Source: Phoronis australis (taxonomy: Eukaryota > Animalia > Phoronida). From it: a stretch of DNA of 64,000 bases. A program made the translations under genes and the position numbers. The notes beneath the pieces are model-generated. The model ran no database searches and had not been told where the DNA came from. It saw nothing but the letters and a program-made list of their open reading frames with translations. The first letter of the stretch is position 1; every line of letters begins with the position of its first letter. Location of the stretch: contig NMRA01000158.1 in assembly GCA_002633005.1 (NCBI GenBank), positions 60,229-124,228 on the forward strand, written 5' to 3'. Shown in pieces: positions 23,091-35,918 of this stretch.

Positions 23091-26000
23091 TCCCAACAAA
23101 GCGTAACAATTTTACCTGTTGTAGCTATGATGGGTCATTCTTCCCACGGCGTGTGGTTTTGTAAACTAATCATAGACTTTTTAACTCATTCGACCCTGAG
23201 CACCATATGGAATAAATTGCCTCGTGGCCTGGCTGAGCTGTGGAATGTCTACCCCCTTGAAGTCGGAGGGTATTTCACCCAGAACTAGGTCACAAGCACT
23301 GCACATAATTAAAACCTCATCACTCAGTCATTAGTAAACATATACTTACCAAATTTTCAGCAATACATCTTGAGTAAATGAGCTTTCCAAGTTCAATATC
23401 GATAAAGGGTTGAACAAGTAGTTTTACTTTTTGTTTTTCAGAAACAAAGACATTTGTTTACAAATAATCCATTTAAATTTCCAGAAAACGTGTCAAGAAA
23501 GTTTTCCGTGTAGCATATCTTCATCATAAACTTGATCACTGAAATCTGTATCTAAATCTGACCACTCAATGCTATAAGTATCCACACTGTCATATCCAAA
23601 ATCACTGAAGTCTATATCTAAATGTGACCAGTGTCATCAGTATCCACACTATCCTCCGTAATAAAAACTTCAAGAACTGTGAGAGAGTAGCAGAGATGAT
23701 GTCCGTATAATATCAAGGCAGCAATTTCAAGTGAGTGTGTGCACAGTGCTAGTCACAGAGTAGAATGTTCCTAGTAATTGAACATTTTGTTATTGTTTCT
23801 GGTCAGTTCAAATAAAATAAACAGGAGCACCCTAGCAGATGATTAAGTGGTGACAGCAGTGTTATGTAACACCAATTAAGTTACAATTCAGGGCAATTAG
23901 CTTCATTCTAGTCTTCAGATCAAACAAACATACTATATTTCAGGGAGGAATATCTCTATAACCTTTCAAAAGTTACCACAACAATCACTAAAAAGCTAAG
24001 AACACGCTTCCTGGTTTTTCCTTGAATTGATAATTTGCTTGTGAAGAAATGGTTCTAAATTCCAGGAATAACAGCCAATAGGCATTAACTTCACAAACAA
24101 GAAGTTAACATAGAGTATGGTGTCTCAATCCTCATTGGATAGAAAACTGGGAATACCCTAGATATATTTAAACTTAAACCAATAATTTGCTGCCTTCTAT
24201 CCCTCCTGAAGGCGTGATCCGCCTGTGAGATACATTGTTTAGATAACGCCTCCAGACGGCATCAGGCCCTGAGTGAAAATAAATAGTCACGCCATAAGGC
24301 GTGATCAGGGAGGAATGAGTGCTTTTCCTCATTCTCCAAACGCTAATGATTTCGCTACAGTAGGATTTTCCTACCCCCAATTTGAACACTTCATGTTTAT
24401 CTGAATCTTTCCTGGACAAAAAAGATTTCCAATTTTCGTGTTTTTTACAACAGCATTTTGTCATTTTTGTTAGACAAGATAACCTTTCTAAAAGCTGCGC
24501 CTAATAACGCTCAGTGTTGGAACGTTATTTCACTCAGGACACCTATTTTCATCGAGATCATCGCCCTCGGCCAGAACAGTAACACTTGCGTTAATCATTT
24601 TAACTTATTACGCATTTCATCCAAACGCAAATCACGACAGCAAATGATATTGCCTTACTGGAAATATACTCAACCGAGTATTTTTACCTAACCGAGTATT
24701 TTTGAAATATTCTGGAAGGAGGGCAGTACAAGCGAAAAAAACGTCTCATCGGGGTCAAGACCGTCTTTTCACGACGGACCTAACGTTGGGCGACGCCCAG
24801 GCCAGGAAATGAAATTCAGAAATATTTTAAAGACATTTTTACTAATTTGCCTTTCAACGGAGGCCTCCCCTTTGCCGGGAAAATCCAGTCAGGCACGATC
24901 CTATCCAGCTACGGGATTCCTCCCCGGCTGCAAATAGAGAGAGGTGGGAGTGCATTTAGAAGTAACTTAATAACTTATTTATTATCTAATTAACTGTATA
25001 TCTGCATTCATGTCATTTTTTTGCCTTTTTTTCTTAGATAATACTTCAGGAATCAAGGAAAATGCTTGATTTTTAGAGGTAAAAACAGAAAAATTTCTCG
25101 ACCTCTCCCCATTTGGTGCTATGCGCATCTACAATCGTTCAGTTTGCGCAAATGCTTGCAGCCGGACAAAATGTTGGGCCCCCTCTTGTGATATCCTAGA
25201 TCCGCCACTGTCTTGTACAAGATTTTTGGAAGGAAATCAGAAAACTACTACAAAAGTGTCTCATACAACTTCTCAGCTGTATCTCTTACGAACATGTTAT
25301 TCTTGGACTTTATGAGACACATGATTTTCTGTTTTACACTTTGCATTTACTAGCCAAACAGTACATTTACAAGGAGAGATGTCACAAAAATGTACCTTAT
25401 GCTCACAAGTTTGTTACATTTACTTATGAGTAATATAATGCTGAAAAATTAATTGCATATAAAAATTTTGTATATGGCAGCTTCTCGGTGAAATAGGAAA
25501 ATTTTATTGTTCACGTTAACTCCATGTAGCAGTTGTTTACATTATACGCGATACGAGGATGGTCTCTCTTGGGTTATGCATGCGTGAATGAATGGGTGTA
25601 ATTGGTTTTTGTTTGTTTTTTGTACTTGTTTATCGATGATGCTAAATAAAAACTGGACATACAATCAACTAAGCCAAAGCCGAAGAACACTGATTTTTGA
25701 TTATATGAAATTTATTTATTTTTTGAAAGTAATAATCAATTGGATTTAGGATTTATGTAGAAACTCGTGTTCCTGTCTCGGTTTTGTAAAATGCGTGCCC
25801 TGGTTGGTTGCTTAATTTGTTAAGACCAAGGCCAGCATTTCTACGTCTTCCCTTGTTTCTTAACTGAGAGCGGGAGATTAACTAGTGGACTTGCGTTTAG
25901 GTTTGGAGTGCGTATGATCATATCATGTGGGGTAAATGTTAGGTGCGGCATTTGGTGGTATGAGCTGTAAGCTGTTGTCGTAGTAGACCTAGGCGACGCG

Positions 26001-26104
26001 TTCTTATTAAAAATGCACACAGAATGTAAGATTTTTCCATACGTAACGACTGATATATATCGTTGACCAGTTATTGATGTTTTATGAAAATAAATAGAGA
26101 CCTG

Positions 26105-26480
26105 GTTTTTTATAATCTTTATTACGAAATCTTCGATTCCAGGAATATACATAACCCAGAAAGCGCCAAGAGGCATTATATCTGGGTTAAAAAAGTTCAA
26201 AGAAATTTATTATACAATTGTTTTACACAAATACATAAAAAATCTGTATACAATTATTTTAGCCAAATACATGAATTAAAAAAACTGTTGTTAAGATTAC
26301 AATGACATGTGATTACGAAAGTAAATAAATCATTTTCATACACATTTATACAATTCTATCCACTCACACAAAGAGATTTAATATTATAAAGAAATTTAGA
26401 ATAAAACCTTATTTTCATTTGGGTTGAGTTTTTGACTTCCATATAGAAAAAAAAATAATTTTGTTGTACACTTGCGGAAT
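26105..26480 (-). mobile_element. 5'-truncated 3' end of a CR1/L2-group LINE
   Basis: Terminal stem-loop AACCCAGATATAATGC..TTTCTGGGTT is shared with the LINE tail at 40141-40173. Upstream remnant FFLYGSQKLNPNENKVLF resembles a CR1 ORF2 C-terminus. Confidence 0.65.
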
Positions 26481-26712
26481 TTCAGAATATTTTTTATAAA
26501 TATTAGGGTATATTGGTCATACAAGATTTTATGTTTCTTTACGAACGTTTTAGATATCTATAATTCTTAGTACACAAATCTATAAAGAGGCGATTCTTGT
26601 GTCAGATGATCTTACACATCGGCAGGATTTTGCTATAACAGGGTGACTGTGAAAAGGGTAACTTTTTATCATTTCCTAAAGCACAAAACAAGAATTCCTA
26701 GCCCTTAACCCC

Positions 26713-27597
26713 TTATTTTTTTTTTTCAGAAATCCACGTCTTAATCTGCTCTTTCATTTCCTCGTTGATCCTGCAAGCGCTGTTCCCCTCATTTTCCCCT
26801 AGAATATGGATTCCAACCACCATGAAGTTCCACCTGTCCCAGGTCCACACGGGGCTACCGCTCTGTCCATTGAACGTGTCGTTTGAGTACCAGATACGAT
26901 ATGGTTGTACACGAGTTATCAACCCCCCGGCCATCCATAAAGTATCGGGATCCTGGTCCCCGGGATATCCGCAGATTTGCACAATGCGCCCCTTTAAATC
27001 ATTATCATAGAGATCGGAAACTCCGAACCCGTAAGTCTCGTTTGTCGCGGACTGCTCGTTCAATAAGATGATGCCATAGTCGTACTTACTGGATTTTGTT
27101 TTCATGTAGTTCTCCGGAACACGGAGTTGGCTTCCTGTGGCCTTCAGGGTGCCAAAGGCATTTTTACCGCCGTCCTTAGCCTGGGAGATTTCCACCTTCG
27201 TTGCGAACCCTAGTTTTGGTATGTAGAGGTTATGAGCGCACGTGACCACCGCCCGCCGATTTAGGCCGCTAATTCTGCAATAGAAGCCGGTGCCATTAAA
27301 TACGTTTTTGGGGAAATAGATCTTCAGGGAACACACCCAGCAGTACGGTTTAGCTGTTGTTGGTGATATGTTGAAGCGTGTATCCACTGGCGACTGTACT
27401 TTTTCTTGCGCAGCGTCGTCTACAACGTCAGAGTCGTCGAACGTTTCATCTAGATCAAAGTCGTTTGAATCCAACTGCTCCTCGACGCCTGTGTCATTCT
27501 CCTCTTTATGGTCACCCACATTTTTCTGCTGTCGGATCTTGCAGTCTCCCGGTGGCAAAGGATGCCTTGGCTTCATCTTTGAGGGCGACGATCTCAT
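26713..27597 (-). CDS. Intronless glutamyl-endopeptidase/V8-like (chymotrypsin-fold, S1B-like) serine protease, ~294 aa; alternative ATG at 27651
   Basis: Open frame with catalytic-triad motifs VVTCAHNLY (His), YDYGIILL (Asp) and DTFNGQSGSPV (Ser), plus GYPGD and VVGIH. Kozak-like GCCATGA, TATATAA about 30 nt upstream of the alternative ATG (~27685), and an acidic N-terminal linker. Confidence 0.88.
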   Translation of the reverse strand: MRSSPSKMKPRHPLPPGDCKIRQQKNVGDHKEENDTGVEEQLDSNDFDLDETFDDSDVVDDAAQEKVQSPVDTRFNISPTTAKPYCWVCSLKIYFPKNVFNGTGFYCRISGLNRRAVVTCAHNLYIPKLGFATKVEISQAKDGGKNAFGTLKATGSQLRVPENYMKTKSSKYDYGIILLNEQSATNETYGFGVSDLYDNDLKGRIVQICGYPGDQDPDTLWMAGGLITRVQPYRIWYSNDTFNGQSGSPVWTWDRWNFMVVGIHILGENEGNSACRINEEMKEQIKTWISEKKK

Positions 27598-28579
27598 GGC
27601 GGGAGGTGAGAACTGAAACAAAACCTCGGAATTTGAGCAAGCGCGAAACATGTAAGAGGCGTGTGGTGTAGACAATAATTATATATCTGAATCAAAAAAC
27701 GAAAGCTTCGAATAATTCGCACCTAAATATGACTTGTAGCCAGGCTAGGTCATACATGACGTAAGATACATGGCACGACATTCTTTCAGGTTCAAAGAAC
27801 GATTTGGTATCTTATTGATTGTTGAGTTTTGTTGAAGGCGCGAGGTACTGTTTGGGCTAGCTAACATTACTATATTCCTGGTATATTGCGATTGTTATTA
27901 TAAAGTCGTAATTCTTTCATGCGCACTGACAACATTTTTAGCAACGGAAAAGCACTCGGGCCTGTTTCACAACAACGTATGAGTGAAACCACTATAAACC
28001 ATGCTCTGGTATCAAATTTCATCTTCTCACTCACTGAGTTCATTTGCACTTCCAGAGCAACTGAAATTAACCCGTCTTGACAAACGGTAACACTTCTTAA
28101 ATTTGTATCAATAAGTGGTCTTCGTTGCTTTTGAGAGGACGTGTGGGTTTATATCGCCCATTTAAAAGTCGACATCAACACTAGGACAACAGAAATGTTC
28201 AAGAACTGGCCAACAGTGAGAAAGCAAAAGTTCAAGCGAGGGTCAGAGAGGTGCTCATGCAAGTACTTAAATACGTCTGTGGCTAGTCACAGACTCTTGT
28301 GTCCCAACCAACGGCTGACCACAATCTCGAAATGATCCAACAAAAGATGTCCCAAAACCAGAGGACATTCAAAGATATATTAGGCGGTGGGCCAAATCTC
28401 ATAGCATCTATTCTTGTGAGTACTTTGGGGGATGGCAACCTAAATTTTTCTCTGTGACTAGAAAATACACTTATACCTCAATTTTCAAAAAGCTCACACG
28501 TCTACACTTGCACATTTTTTTGTTAATAACGTGTTTTTGTTGCAAGAAATATTATGCACATTCTTGCCACACGGTGGCG

Positions 28580-28995
28580 TGTTTCAATTTAATTGATCAA
28601 TCAGAGAGCTAGGTTGTATTGTTGTGCTTGGTGACTTCAATATGGCAGCTCCCATGGAGTGTGATGCCTGTATAATTCAAGGTTTGTCAAACAGCACTCG
28701 ATTGTGATAACCAGAACTTGAAGAAGCTTTGAGAAGCATGCTGACAAGAGCTAGATGGACTGTGCAACTCTGTGGATCAGTATAGATGGAAAAGAAGACG
28801 AGGCTTCACAAACGTTTGTGCAGGAAAACATTTGCTTTGCCCGACTGGCACCATGTCCTGTATACTGCTGTAGAAGACTAAGCGTCAGAACAAAAACTGG
28901 TGGCGCATAGAAACGCATAACGTTTCAAGCAGTAGTAGTAAAGCTGAAGCTGCTGAAAGCGACACAGATGTTACCCAATATTTCCCAAGAAAATC
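28580..28995 (+). repeat. Inverted partner of 20590-21010
   Basis: Direct sequence match in opposite orientation. Confidence 0.7.
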
Positions 28996-29053
28996 TGAAA
29001 CATCAAATTAACCTGTACGAGAAGTTGTAGTGCACATGCGCATACTGTGTAGT

Positions 29054-29449
29054 CGAGGAGGCAGTGTGGCCTGGCGTGCGTTCAGTAGACGCTAGGACCT
29101 ACGCTAGGACCTAGCTAAAACCTAGCCACAGTCACGTGTTCTCATTTAAAATACACGGCAATATCTCACGTTATCTCTCGAAGTCTTGCTTTTTAGCGAG
29201 GTCCTAGCGTTACTGAACGGGAGGCAGGTTGATAAGTGCCCGCTTTCTTTACTCGAGGTCGTGGGTTCAAGTCCCACCAGGTCACACTGCTAAACCCTTG
29301 AGCCAGGTTTCTAGCTCCTCAGCTCGGTTTTTACCATATATTAATAAAGCATAAAAATATTTCCAGGTGATCAGTGCAATCGGCCCACATGCGAGGCCTG
29401 CGCACGTCTGGTACAATGTGTATCAGACCGCCTGCAATTATTATATTAT
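29054..29449 (+). mobile_element. tRNA-derived SINE with an 11-bp TSD, split by a MITE
   Basis: TSD TACTGTGTAGT at 29043-29053 and 29450-29460. A-box-like GTGGCCT..GGTTGATAA, B-box GGTTCAAGTCC, and an (ATT)n-like tail. Confidence 0.8.
29074..29224. mobile_element. Harbinger-like MITE inside the SINE A box
   Basis: TIRs CGTTCAGTAGACGCTAGGACCT / AGGTCCTAGCGTTACTGAACG, flanked by CTG and CAG. Confidence 0.65.
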
Positions 29450-29882
29450 TACTGTGTAGTTGCTAAGTTTTTGGGCTCCAACTTCTCAGCTAAAATAAGT
29501 AAAACATAAATGGGTAGACCACGAGGAAAATAACCAAACGCAGCTACGAATGACAGTGAGCAAACGCAAGATGGGAACGAGGCGAGAGACTTTGAAATGA
29601 GTGAGAGAGTGGAGCCAGAAACTAATAGTGACCCTAAGACAAATGAACCAACATGGCTGACAGCCATGAGTCAAAACAGTGCACAGTTAGTGAATGAGGT
29701 CAAAGAAGTTAAGTTGTCGGTTAAATACTCCCCTTTCACATTTCCAAACAAAGCGCCGTGCGCATGCTCAGTTATAGGAAGGCCTGTGTGAGTATGCGAC
29801 ACAACGCGAGAAAGGGGCATTCAGCTGATCTTTGTTGTGTGCTTCTGTTGTTTGCTTGTGTTTAAGTTAATTATTTGTTTTA

Positions 29883-32800
29883 TTACTCTGCGCGTGTAAG
29901 CGCAGAGTACTGTTGTTCCTGGGTTTTCTTCAATTTTATTCTTCTTATTCTTCTTATTACTCTGCGCGTGTAAGCGCAGAGTACTGTTGTTCCTGGGATT
30001 TCTTCAATTTTATTCTTATTCTTATTCTTATTCTTATTCTTCTTCCGACCAACTTGGAGGCTTAATACCTCCAAATTGGGTGCAGGTACGGTCTTTAAAT
30101 TCAGCATAGTACTTTTGACAGTATATAAATTTTGATTGGTTATATAATCATATTCCATATTGCACCCGAAAAGGTCGTTTGGTGCAAAGGTCATATAATT
30201 TTCAAAATGCTACTCCTCCTTCAGTTTTAAACCCATCTTTTTCACATTCGGTGCACAGCTATAAGTCAACATGACAATTTATAAAAAATTACTTTTTAAG
30301 TAATCGGGTCATCCAATCAGGTGAAATAGGTCAAATGTCATTAGGTGCAAACTAAAATTTTGAGCTAGACACTTCAAATTGACAGGTCTGATTGCCACAG
30401 GTAAATCAAATCGGAATCCAAAGTTTCATGTCATTTAGTGCAAACAAGGGGTCATTAGGTGCATTTTTCTTCTGAATATTTGACCTTTTCAATCAGCAAG
30501 TATTCTGATGTGTCAACCGTTAGACAACTGTGATTCTCAGTGTTAAATACATTTTCCATGGTCTTTGCAATAATTCTCCTGAAGATGCTTACAGTCACCG
30601 AATAAGGTCAATTAGTGCAAAGGTCGTGTAACGTTCAAAATGTCATATCTCTTACGTTTTTCAAGGAAATCTTTTCAATTTCAGCGCACTGGTGTGAGTC
30701 AATATGCCAATTGAATACCCTACTTTACTTCGCAATAGGTCTAGCCAATCAGAAAAAATAGGTCAAAGGTCATTGAGTGCAAACTAAAATTTTGAGCTAG
30801 AGACTTCAGAATTACGTATCTGTTTGCTAAGTGCGATTGAGTTTCAATTCTAAATTTTCAGGTCATTTGGTGCACCCATGGGGTACTTAGGTGCATTTTT
30901 CTTCTGAAAGTTTGACCACTTCATTCATCTTGTATTCTGAAGTGCTTAAAGTAAAACATCTGTGATTATTAGCATTCACCAGAATTTTAATCGACTTAAC
31001 AATTACTCCCTGATCGGGGCTCATAATGCACCGGAAGAGGTCAATTAGTGGAAAGGTCATCAAAAGTTGATATGTAATTTCTCCTACAATTTTAAAGAAT
31101 TACTTTTCATATTGGTAAACGGGTTGCTGTCAGTAACTTCCCATAATAATTCCAGTAATACGCACGCGCAGAGTCCATTATTGTCACGCCGTGACAATAA
31201 TCTTTCTAGTTCTTCTTATTCTTCTTATTCTTATTCTTCTTCCGACCAACTTTGAGGCTTAATAACTCCAAATTGGCTGCAGGTACGGTCTTTAAATTCA
31301 GCATATGACTTTTGACAGTACATAAGTTTTGATTAGTTATATAATCATATTCCAAATTGCACCGGAAGAGGTCGTTTGGTGCAAAGGTCATATATTTTTC
31401 AAAATGCTACTCCTTCAGTTTTAAAGGTATCTTTTTCAAATTCGATGCACAGTTATAAGTCAACATGACAATTTAAAAAATTACTTTTCTAAGTAATCGG
31501 GTCATCAAAACAGATGAAATAGGTCAAAGGTCATTAGGTGCAAACTAAAATTTTGAGCTAGACACTTCAAATTGACAGGTCTGATTGCCACAGGTAAATC
31601 AAATCGGAATCCAAAGTTTCATGTCATTTAGTGCAAACATGGGGTCATTAGGTACATTTTTCTTCTGAAAATTTGATCTTTTCAATCAGCAAGTTTTCTG
31701 ATGTGTCAAACATTAAGACAACTGTGATTCTCAGCGTTAAACACATTTTCCATGGGCTTTGCAATAATTCTCCTAAAGCTGCATAAAATGCACCGGATAA
31801 GGTCAATTAGTGGAAAGGTCATGTAAAGTCAAAATGTTATATGTCTTAGGTTTTTCAAGGAATTCTTTTCAATTTCAGTACACTGGTGTAAGTCAACATG
31901 CCAATGGGGCTATTCGGAAAATCTGCAATAACCAGAGGGCGTGCGTGTACTAGTGGTGATAGATTAACAGCCTCGATTTCGCGAGCCCTTTAAATACATG
32001 GTGAAATGGCTTACAGTCGTGCCAACTGAATCTGAGATTGCGTAAAAAGAGTGCTTCTATGAGAGGAAGTAAGCACGACCTCATACAAAGGTAAGGTTTG
32101 TGATTATTTTAACAAGTATTCCATGATTATTCTACCGACGCCTGTTAACTGAGGCATTCGCCGATGTCGACTTCGCGGCAGTCAGTCGCCAGCCAGAGTC
32201 TGGTTATGTTGTGATATGTGATACGATACTTCGACGTAGCAATCGGGAGCTTTTCGTACATCAAAGCATTATTATTGTTTCGAATGATTTCTAAAAGTTT
32301 ATCAGTGAAAGTTACATAGTTACATCAATCAATGCTGAATGTTTATGTTGTCAACTCGATAAAGGTTGATGAGTTAAGATTACAATCCAACCCCAATGGT
32401 AAAGGGTACGTGAGTGATAAATATCCATTGCATTAGACTATTTGTTTACTCCCTATCATATGTCTTCTTGAAATCTATTACACGTTGAAATGGAAATCTA
32501 TCACGTAACCTTTGGTTTTTATGTTTGAAGGCTTGTACCGTGCAGAGGAGATATGCATCGCTTTTGCACCGTCCCTGAATTGACAAAAATTGGTTTTTAG
32601 CATTTGACTGCAGCTGACCAACAAGATCTTCCCATCCAGTGCAGATCTGTTGTCAAAGCCAACTTTCAACATTGGAGACAACGAACAAAGCCTTTGAAAA
32701 GGAACAGCTATTTTAAAGTCATTTTGTTAAATTACTTATTCAGGTCCCGAGGGCGGATGGGCATGGGGGGTTGTAATCTTTGGTACAAATGAATGTGTGG

Positions 32801-35800
32801 AAATAACAGGTAATACACGTTTGGGGAAAAGAGCATGGTGAGGTAATTCTTAACCTTCACGAAGTCCATTCAAGTTGATTTCATGAAACTGTTTTGCTAC
32901 TTGTATCAATTGTAAAACCACGAAAATATATTACATTTTCCGAATTCACAGTGACTGAATAGTCTTAACTCATGCCTTGAAATGTTGCAAGTCGTTATAA
33001 ATTCAAATGACTACCATTTTTGTGAAAATTGCATTTTTGATGGTGCCTTACGATTTGTAATTACTCTTAAACAACAGAAAGATTATCCATCATTTTTAAA
33101 TGACCCAAGTCTTCATATCTTCTATTAGAAGAAAAACGGTTCCCTCAACCTTAGGCTAGAAGTATGCTTGACAGACCCATGAACCTGTAATCTGAGTTTA
33201 AAATTGCTGAAAGTATCAAAATTAAAAAGGCTTGAAAATGGGTAACAAAGGTTTGAAGTTGTCTCAAAAAACTTGTATATTTTACAGACAAGTGATGCGT
33301 TTAAAGAATTGTTATGGCTAGGGATAAAAAATAAAGACACAGTTTTATGCAATACTCATTATATACACCCTTGGTTTCTGAAAATAGTAATTATTTACTT
33401 TTATGTGAAACTGTAGACCAATCACCATATATTTTTGAAAAACAGGGATAACATTTTTGATCCAATCTGGAGTACTTAATTATTCATATTTCAATATTTG
33501 TTCCAGGTTCAGTGACATTTTAAGGCCACTTCAAGCTGTATCATAGACAAGCTTTGTTACTCCGTTCTCTTCCCACAGCACTTCCACACACCAGCAGTGC
33601 TGCATGGCACAATGTGCAAGTCAGTGGCCCTGGAGAAATGTGAATCGCAGTACTAAGTTACCATAAGACAATGTGCCAGTGGAGTGTCTGTGTATCCAGA
33701 CGAACTATATCTGACTGCTACACAAATAAGCCTTGTTGGTGAGGATGCCCTTTCATAGGCAATGAGTCATGTGTGGACAATAGCTTATTTCCTTTCCTGG
33801 AAGAAACATGAGGGACTGAAGCTAAAGAAGACCTAGTCACACTCTGGTCTAGTTCAGAGTCTGATTTTGGGCTCAAAACGATTCAAGTGATATGCTGCTG
33901 TGTTTACCTTCAAGGGTCTAATTGTGGATGTTATTGAGGCTGAATGAGGTTACATGAAAGAAAGCCACGTGTTGAAACTGTACCTTTTTTACAAGCGCTT
34001 CTATAGGCCATTGAAACTAGAACCCAGTGAAATGAAAGCCAAAAGCTGAGTGACATTAAATTTTCCTTTCAGAAGAAAGGCTTTATACTATTGGTAAAAA
34101 CTTTTCAATTTGGTACAGATTATGGGGAAATGACATTCAGTGACTGCATCGATTGTCTTATTGTATGTTTTCAATTGTAGCTAGCTGGATAAGAATCTGC
34201 TATGCACAAGATTCGAGAATAAACAATTATCAGTGTATTTAAAAACAAATGGCAAACTGAAAAAGCACAGAAAGAAACAACATTGCGAGGGAGTCCATAA
34301 TCAGGCATATCAGGTGCTGAATTTCTGAATTACGTTCAATTCTCTCAGGTTATTGCTGAAGGATTGCTTTTCACTTTGTCCAACGGTGAAATAGATGGTC
34401 AGGCGGTTGGTTTCAGTTGTTTTTTCTTGCCTGTAACAGAATAGAAATATTAGCAAATTGTAAAAGAAAAGACAAGACAAAACTACTTTTGTAAGGCAGA
34501 ACATACTTGACATTTCATCTTCATGTTTATGTGTAGAAACTAATAACCTTTGTACCCAAGTCTTATTTAATATCTGAATTAAAATATGTGAAACAGGCTA
34601 AAAGTGATTTAACAATGTGTATTTTTCATGACACTTAAAATGTGCTTCTGATCTCAACAAGTAAAATTCATTCTAGGTGTCAATTTTTTTCCAATGCAAT
34701 GTTACGACATTTACTGAATTAAGGCTTATTCATGTTAATTCGATAACTGAGCTGGTGGTCCTGGGGGTGGGGTCCACGATAAAATAAGGAAACTCACTCA
34801 TCTAGAGAATTTTATTGGAAACAGCATAGTTTTGAAGAGAAACTGCTGTGAAAAAGTCACTCTTGACTTCTGTGCATCACGTACCATACACCTCTTATTT
34901 TGGGAGCACTCCCACCCAGGACAATATGAATATGTGCTGCTAGCCTACCCGGCATCGGGTGAGTTTCCAAAAAGAAACACTTAGTTCCACTCAATAAAAC
35001 TGTTATTCAGTGGGGTAACTGGTGGGGATAACATCACCGAACGATGTTGATAGAAACTGATTGCTAAAAACTTACCAAGTAATGTTGTGTAGTCTCCGAA
35101 TGGAACTGCATAGTCATAGAGCACACACGGGGCTTCAGCATCCACACACTTTTTGTCAGTTAGTTGACCCTGTTGACCGCAATTGTCCACGAATATAGTA
35201 ACCTTAGGTCTTTTGGGAATTTGTGGCCACCTGTCGAAGACTTGCACCAGGGAAATTAGCAATAATAAGGCTTAGCGCGACGACGTATTTTGATAAAAAT
35301 TCCATCTTTTACCACTTGTTTACATGCAGACAGCCACACATGCGCAATTCAATCACCACTAGTACAGCAGCGACACCGCGAGGAGAATTCCCGAATAGCC
35401 CCATTGAATACCCTACTTTACTTTGCAATAGGCCTAACCAATCAGAAAAAATAGGTCAATGGTCATTGAGTGCAAACTAAAATTTTTGAGCTAGAGACTT
35501 CAGAATTATGCATCTGTTTACTAAGTGCGATTGAGTTTGAATTTTAAATTTTCAGGCCATTTGGTGCACCCACGGGGTCATTAGGGGCATTTTTCTTCTG
35601 TAAGTTTGACCACTTCATTCATCTTGTATTCTGAAGTGGTTAAAGTACAACATCTGTGATTTTTAGCTTTAACCACACTTTTAATCGAATTAACAATTAC
35701 TCCCTCGTCGGGGCTCATAATGCACCGGAAGAGGTCAATTAGTGGAAAGGTCATCAAAAAATTAATGTGTAATTTCTCTACAGTTTTAAACAAATCCTTT

Positions 35801-35904
35801 TCATATTGGTAAATGGGTTGCTGTCAGTAACTTTCCATAACAATTCCAGCAGTACGCACGCGCAGAGTCCGTTATTGTCACACCGTCACAATAATCTTTC
35901 TAGT
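29883..35904 (+). mobile_element. Two HINE/DINE-1-like Helentron copies (29883-31210; 31211-31905 plus 35403-35904)
   Basis: 5' hairpin and subterminal IR (ACTCTGCGCGTG ... CACGCGCAGAGT), (TTCTTA)n, 3' hairpin ATTATTGTCACGCCGTGACAATAAT and CTAGT end, in a T-rich site with no TSD. Confidence 0.85.
31906..35402. mobile_element. ISL2EU-type transposon B (decayed) inside a HINE copy
   Basis: TIRs GGGGCTATTCGG / CCGAATAGCCCC and an AT TSD; the empty site ATGCCAATTGAATACCC is seen in sibling HINEs. YqaJ-like remnant at about 33580-34000 (TPAVLHG..VYPDELYL..LVGED..VFTFKG). Confidence 0.82.
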
Positions 35905-35918
35905 TACGAATCTGTGCT

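Noticed and set aside
26765-27671. Plus-strand ORFs overlapping the protease
   Set aside because: Antisense shadows of a GC-richer coding region with no recognisable motifs.
29226-29290. Possible tRNA genes (also 48985-49060)
   Set aside because: No complete cloverleaf; embedded in repeats with a TSD, tail or insertion context.
29883-30194. Recurrent ORFs MTFAPND.., MHRKRSISG.. and MMTFPLID..
   Set aside because: Chance frames within copies of the non-coding HINE; stops and frames vary between copies.
34981-35262. TTLLGKFLAI resembling BAF YVVLGQFLVL
   Set aside because: It lies inside ISL2EU-B, is interrupted by a GTAAG donor-like site, and has no further BAF similarity.
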